DNA of 64,000 nt from an uncultured virus (IMG/VR IMGVR_UViG_2806310702_000001) (Duplodnaviria; Heunggongvirae; Uroviricota; Caudoviricetes): IMG/VR virus record IMGVR_UViG_2806310702_000001, one strand, 5' to 3'. Position numbers and translations under genes: made by a program. The notes under the pieces are model-generated. The model searched no databases. It worked only from the letters and a program-made list of their open reading frames with translations, and was not told where the DNA came from. Shown in pieces: positions 59,011-64,000 of this stretch. Numbering within the stretch: position 1 is the stretch's first letter; every line of letters starts with the position of its first letter.

Positions 59011-60507
59011 ATGGGTAAGGATACTAACAAAGAAAATAAATTAAAAGATGATGAGATAAAAGCATTACTGCAGATCAAAGAATTTAAAAAGAATTGTGAA
59101 GCCAATATAGTATCTATATTGTGGAAAAAGCCAGATTTATATTATACATATGATTCCTTAACATTAGAATCCTTTACACATAATGAATGGAGGGTATTTT
59201 GGCAAATTGGATATGACATAGTTATAAAAGAAAATAAACCTAATTTAGATGAAGTTACTATTGGTATGTATTTAGAAAAACATCATAGTCTTAGAGAAAA
59301 GTACGAAGAGTATGGTGGCTTTGAAAAAATTCAATTAGCAACAGAATATATCAAAGTAGAAAATATTAATGGTTATATAGCCGAATTAAATAAGTGGAAT
59401 ACAGTTATGATGTTGGCTAAGGCACGATTCCCAATAGCTAGTAGGTTGAAAGAATTTGTTGATTTAACAGCTGAAGATATATATGATGAGTACGAAGCGT
59501 TATTAAATCATATATTTATAAATGTTGAAGGTGATGATTGTACATATGATATAGCAGATGGTATAGATGAGCTCATTGATGAGTTAGACCAAGGATTGGC
59601 AGTGGGATTACCTTTATATAATTCAGATATGCTAAACAAAGAAATAGGAGGGAATTTAGTAGGTAACATAACTTTATGTGGAGGATTGTCAGGTGTAGGT
59701 AAAACTACTTTTTCAAGAAACGTGAATTTGCCTACTATTATTAAACATAATGAGAAGTTAGTCATTATGATTAATGAAGAAGGTAAGAAAAAATGGCAAA
59801 GAGAATTATTGATATGGGTAGCCAACAATGTTTATAAAACAGATGTTCAAAAATATAAACTAAGAAATGGAAAATATTCATCTGAATTTAAAACATTCTT
59901 AAAAGATAAATGTGCAAAATGGATTAAAGATCATAGTAAAAATATATTATTAAAACCATTTTCCAAATATACAACAAATAAAGCAATTAAGTGTATTAAA
60001 AAATATGCACATATGGGTGTTAAATATTTTATGCTTGATACATTTAAAGCCGATGCAAATGGAAATGTAAGTGATGCAATGTGGCTAGGTATGCAACAAG
60101 CCATGGTAAATATATACGATACTATAAAAGAAGAAGCGTTAAACGTACATATATGGATTACATTCCAATTATCTAAAAGCAGTTCAAAACAAAGATATTA
60201 TACTATGGATAACATAGGTATGGCTAAAAATATGATAGATGTTGCTTCAACTTGTTTGATGATTAGAAATTTATTTGATGATGAATATGATGGTGAAAAA
60301 CATAAATTAAATGTATATAAATTAGCGGGTAAAAATGGAAAAACTAAAATTCCTGTTAAATTAGATAAGAATAAGCACTATCAAGTTATATTTATAATAA
60401 AGAATAGAGAAGGTAGTTCTAATGATTATCAAATAGTGGTAGAACATGATCTGTCAAGAAATACATATAATGAAGTAGGCATAACAGTAGTTCCTACAGA
60501 TTGGTAG
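59011..60507 (+). CDS. dnaB: Replicative DNA helicase
   Basis: GGLSGVGKTT, INEE, MLDT, FQL, KNREG. Confidence 0.85.
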   Translation: MGKDTNKENKLKDDEIKALLQIKEFKKNCEANIVSILWKKPDLYYTYDSLTLESFTHNEWRVFWQIGYDIVIKENKPNLDEVTIGMYLEKHHSLREKYEEYGGFEKIQLATEYIKVENINGYIAELNKWNTVMMLAKARFPIASRLKEFVDLTAEDIYDEYEALLNHIFINVEGDDCTYDIADGIDELIDELDQGLAVGLPLYNSDMLNKEIGGNLVGNITLCGGLSGVGKTTFSRNVNLPTIIKHNEKLVIMINEEGKKKWQRELLIWVANNVYKTDVQKYKLRNGKYSSEFKTFLKDKCAKWIKDHSKNILLKPFSKYTTNKAIKCIKKYAHMGVKYFMLDTFKADANGNVSDAMWLGMQQAMVNIYDTIKEEALNVHIWITFQLSKSSSKQRYYTMDNIGMAKNMIDVASTCLMIRNLFDDEYDGEKHKLNVYKLAGKNGKTKIPVKLDKNKHYQVIFIIKNREGSSNDYQIVVEHDLSRNTYNEVGITVVPTDW

Positions 60508-60519
60508 GTGAATACATGA

Positions 60520-61545
60520 ATGTTAGCATACGAATTAAAGAAGTATATAATTGAGAAAGATAAAATAATGAATGTTTTAGAATCTATTGGATGTCATGGT
60601 ATAAAAACATATCCAAAAGAATATAGATGTGGATTACCTAAACATAGCAATACTACCTCAGTAGCTATAAAAAAAGACACTTTAAAGGTAAAAATATTTA
60701 CATCTGATAAAAAAATAAATGGCGATATTTTTACTTTAGTTATGGAAATAAAAAAATATGAATTTCCACAAGCAGTAAAATATTTACATGAAATATTAGG
60801 ATTAAAATATATTTTTAATATTCAAGACATCAAAAAAGAAGAAAAAAAAGATATTTTAGATGTATTTAAAAAAGCTATGCAAAAGAAGCACTTTAATAAC
60901 GACATAGATGAATTAAAAATTTATAACGAGGATATTTGTAGAGAAATAATTCAAATACCATACATAGGTTGGATAAGGGAGGGCATAATGCCTTTTACAC
61001 AAGAAAGATTTAATATTGGCTACAGTAGAGATAAGAATAGAATAGCAATACCTCATCGTTTTTGGTGTGGTAAAGAGAATGAGTATGTAGGAGTTATGGG
61101 AAGAACGTTGGTTAAAAATTATGATTTATTAGACATACCAAAATATTTTCCATTGAAAGCATTTCCCAAAAGTATGAATTTATATGGGTTACAAGAAAAT
61201 TACAAGTATATACAAAAAGCTAACAAAATAATTGTTTTTGAGGCAGAAAAGTCGGTATTAAAAGCACATTCGTTTTTATGTAGATTAGGAGTTGCATTAG
61301 GTGGACATGAATTGTGTCCCGAACAAATTAGAATATTACTAGGTTTAGATGTAGAAATCATATTTGCTATGGATAACGATATGGATGAACAGTTATCTAT
61401 AAATATGTGTAATCAAGTTAAATCATTTAGAAGAACTAGTTATATATATGATAAATGGGGTTTATTGGGAGAAAAAGACAGCCCTGTTGATAAAGGAATG
61501 AAGGTGTTCAAAGCTTTATATAATAATAGAATTAAAATAGTATAG
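60520..61545 (+). CDS. dnaG: DNA primase (TOPRIM)
   Basis: RIAIP, GR, NLYGL, FEAEKS, AMDND. Confidence 0.85.
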   Translation: MLAYELKKYIIEKDKIMNVLESIGCHGIKTYPKEYRCGLPKHSNTTSVAIKKDTLKVKIFTSDKKINGDIFTLVMEIKKYEFPQAVKYLHEILGLKYIFNIQDIKKEEKKDILDVFKKAMQKKHFNNDIDELKIYNEDICREIIQIPYIGWIREGIMPFTQERFNIGYSRDKNRIAIPHRFWCGKENEYVGVMGRTLVKNYDLLDIPKYFPLKAFPKSMNLYGLQENYKYIQKANKIIVFEAEKSVLKAHSFLCRLGVALGGHELCPEQIRILLGLDVEIIFAMDNDMDEQLSINMCNQVKSFRRTSYIYDKWGLLGEKDSPVDKGMKVFKALYNNRIKIV

Positions 61546-61555
61546 GGGGAATTAT

Positions 61556-62710
61556 ATGAGAAAGACCAAAGAACAATTAAATCAAATAAAAGAAAAGTAT
61601 GGAGTTGATGAATTATGGTCATGGTCAAAATACCATTCATATAAAACTGATCCATATGGATGGTATTTGAAATACCTTAAACATGAAAAGGAAACAAAGC
61701 AAAGTATTTATGGTGTGGAAGGGGGTGTTTGTCATGATATTATAGAACAATTTTATTTAGGCGAGATTAAATATGAACAAATGATTGAAGAATATGAAAA
61801 TAAATTATTTGAAATTAATTTATCAGGATTAAAATATAATCGTAAAGATAAAAAGGCAAATGAAAAAATAGCTAATAAATACGAAGAATGCGTGAGATTG
61901 TTTTATAAAGAACACATACCTATAAAACATAAAGCAATAACAGAACAATTTATATTAATCAAGGTAGGAAAACATATATTTCAGGGATACATAGATTTTA
62001 TACATAAGGATGAAAATAATAATTATATAATCACAGATTGGAAAACATCGACTATATATCAAGGTAAAAAAATTGATAAAGAAAAGGGTCAATTAGTATT
62101 ATATGCTGAAGGATTAATTCAAAAAGGAGTTTCTATAAATAAGATAAAAATTAGATGGGATTTCCTTAAATATTGTAAGCTTACATATACTTTAGCAGGA
62201 ATTGATAAAGAAACAAAACAACACAAAACATCTACTAAAAATGTATTAAGAAACGAGTGGGTAAAATCTATAGAGAGTAATTTAAAGATGTGGTTGAAAA
62301 AAATAAAGCAGTATGACGAATTACAAATAGAAGATATGGTTGCCACTGCAATTGAAAATAATAATTTAGATAATATGCCAGAAGATATACAACAAAAATA
62401 TAAACGAGAGGACTGTTATGTATACATACCTTTGACAAAAGATTCTATAGACGAATTAAAAGAAGATATAATAGATACCATTAATGAAATTAAATTAAAT
62501 AAAAAAGCTTATGATTGTACGGAAGATGATAGAATATGGTGGACAACTATAGATAAATCTAATGAATTTTATTTTGCTAATTTATGTGGATATAGTGCGA
62601 AACAGCATAAACCATATAAAGAGTATTTAGATGACTTAAATTTGTTTGTTAAGGATAGAGAAAATAACGAAGAAGAAACGGATGATAGCTGGTTAAATGA
62701 ATTAGATTAA
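61556..62710 (+). CDS. PD-(D/E)XK (RecB/Cas4-like) nuclease
   Basis: SWSK, G..CH, QGYIDF, DWKTS, QLVLY. Confidence 0.85.
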   Translation: MRKTKEQLNQIKEKYGVDELWSWSKYHSYKTDPYGWYLKYLKHEKETKQSIYGVEGGVCHDIIEQFYLGEIKYEQMIEEYENKLFEINLSGLKYNRKDKKANEKIANKYEECVRLFYKEHIPIKHKAITEQFILIKVGKHIFQGYIDFIHKDENNNYIITDWKTSTIYQGKKIDKEKGQLVLYAEGLIQKGVSINKIKIRWDFLKYCKLTYTLAGIDKETKQHKTSTKNVLRNEWVKSIESNLKMWLKKIKQYDELQIEDMVATAIENNNLDNMPEDIQQKYKREDCYVYIPLTKDSIDELKEDIIDTINEIKLNKKAYDCTEDDRIWWTTIDKSNEFYFANLCGYSAKQHKPYKEYLDDLNLFVKDRENNEEETDDSWLNELD

Positions 62711-62739
62711 ATATAAAAGATAAAATAGGGAGGGGTTAA

Positions 62740-64000
62740 ATGAGGTACAATAATTATCACAAACATACACATTATAGCAATTTAAGAACAATAGATGTAA
62801 TAACAAAACCAATTGATTATATTAAAAGAGCAAAAGAATTAGGTCATAATACATATTTTACAACTGAACATGGATGGGGAGGAAATGTATTAGAAGCATA
62901 TACTTTATGTAAGGAAAATAATTTAAAAATGATATTTGGAGTTGAAGCATATTATGTTGATAATAGATTAGAAAAAGATAGAAGTAATAATCATATAATT
63001 TTAATCGCATTAAATAGAGACGGATTTAAAGACATCAATAGGATTATATCAGAAGCAAATTTAAGTGGGTATTATTATAAGCCAAGAATAGATAAAGAAT
63101 TGATATTATCTCTTAATCCTAAAAATGTTATTGTAACAACAGCTTGTATAGCAGGAAGATTATTCAAAACTAAGGATTATGAAGAAAAATTTGTTATACC
63201 TTTATTAAATCATTTTAAAGATCATTTTTATTTAGAAGTTCAATCACACAAGCAACAATCAGAATATAACAAACAAATATTAGAGTTAAAATTCAAATAT
63301 AATTTATCTTTAATGCATGCTAATGATAGTCATTATATATATAGTAGAGACGCTAAATATCGAGATATGTTCTTAAAAGCCAAGGGCATAATCTACGAAG
63401 ATGAAGGAGGTTTTATATTAGATTATCCGAATTATGATGAAATAGTAAAGCGATATGAAAAGCAAGGAGTATTAAATAAAGAACAAATTCAAGAATCTTT
63501 AAATAATACTTTAATATTTGATAAATGCGAAGATTTAAAGTTTGATAAAGAAATTAAAATACCTAAAGTCCACAAAGATAAAGACAGCAATAAATTATTA
63601 AAAACAATTATATCAAATGAATGGAAAAAGGAACGTAATAATATATGTAGAGATAAATGGAATGAATATGAAAAGGCGATCAAAGAAGAAGTAGATATAG
63701 TGCAAAAAACCAATATGGAAGATTATTTTATATTAGATTATGAAATAGTAAAAAAAGCAGTTGATGAGTATAAAGCTGTTCTCACAAGAACTGGGCGTGG
63801 ATCAGCACCATCATTTTATATAAATAAGTTGTTGGGATTTACAAATATTGATAGAGTTTCGGCACCTATAACATTATATCCTACTAGATTTATGTCTACT
63901 ACGAGAATATTACAAACTCGAAGTTTGCCCGATATAGATTTGAATTGGGCTAATATTGAACCTGTAATAAAAGCTAGTAAAGATATTTTAGGGGAAGACG
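62740..64000 (+). CDS. dnaE: DNA polymerase III alpha subunit, partial (runs off the window)
   Basis: Absent from the ORF track; read by eye: YHKHTHYS, TTEHG, GVEAY, NDSHY, GRGSA, RFMS, PDIDL. Confidence 0.95.
   Translation, partial: MRYNNYHKHTHYSNLRTIDVITKPIDYIKRAKELGHNTYFTTEHGWGGNVLEAYTLCKENNLKMIFGVEAYYVDNRLEKDRSNNHIILIALNRDGFKDINRIISEANLSGYYYKPRIDKELILSLNPKNVIVTTACIAGRLFKTKDYEEKFVIPLLNHFKDHFYLEVQSHKQQSEYNKQILELKFKYNLSLMHANDSHYIYSRDAKYRDMFLKAKGIIYEDEGGFILDYPNYDEIVKRYEKQGVLNKEQIQESLNNTLIFDKCEDLKFDKEIKIPKVHKDKDSNKLLKTIISNEWKKERNNICRDKWNEYEKAIKEEVDIVQKTNMEDYFILDYEIVKKAVDEYKAVLTRTGRGSAPSFYINKLLGFTNIDRVSAPITLYPTRFMSTTRILQTRSLPDIDLNWANIEPVIKASKDILGED

Noticed and set aside
61556..62710. CRISPR-associated Cas4
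   Set aside because: Lies in the replisome operon far from the array and lacks the four-Cys cluster pattern; better read as a phage exonuclease
2059..63713. Short antisense or nested ORFs in the track (e.g. 2059-2346, 9650-9910, 21828-22148, 39773-40192, 56778-57080, 63489-63713)
   Set aside because: Shadow frames of real genes or of the origin; no RBS and biased composition
1..64000. tRNA, rRNA, structural, neurotoxin or arbitrium (aimR/aimP) genes
   Set aside because: None recognised by eye; tRNAscan and HMM searches were not run

Overview
Very AT-rich, mostly + strand segment of a large temperate phage or phage-plasmid of a low-GC Firmicute. The host is probably a Clostridium (inferred from composition, GGAGG RBSs, sigA promoters and CRISPR repeat style). 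No structural genes are present. From left to right: a low-complexity tract (1-770); an early-type region of small genes, most with their own near-consensus sigA promoter preceded by a fixed-position AAAATTAAATTAAA box; an XRE switch with three operators; an N6-methyltransferase/SF2 helicase fusion; a HEPN/DUF2325/DUF4041 accessory cassette; a P1-like iteron replicon; a cas5 stub fused to a 3-repeat CRISPR mini-array; antirepressor-type genes; a MazF-like gene followed by a DGQHR protein and a catalytically degenerate tyrosine recombinase (SPbeta YopQ/YopR-like); DNA ligase; an orphan BREX PglX; RtcB; an intact IS701-like element at the predicted start site of a CAP-domain gene; a DUF488-macro-SLOG trio; and an SPbeta-like replisome (SSB-like, Sak4-like, DnaB, primase, nuclease, DnaE running off the window). 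The most unexplained signal is a set of 15 TAAAA-N6-TTTTA sites, each with a different 6-bp core, at accessory-module boundaries, which resemble recombination sites of a gene-cassette system. All product calls come from motif recognition by eye; no searches were run.
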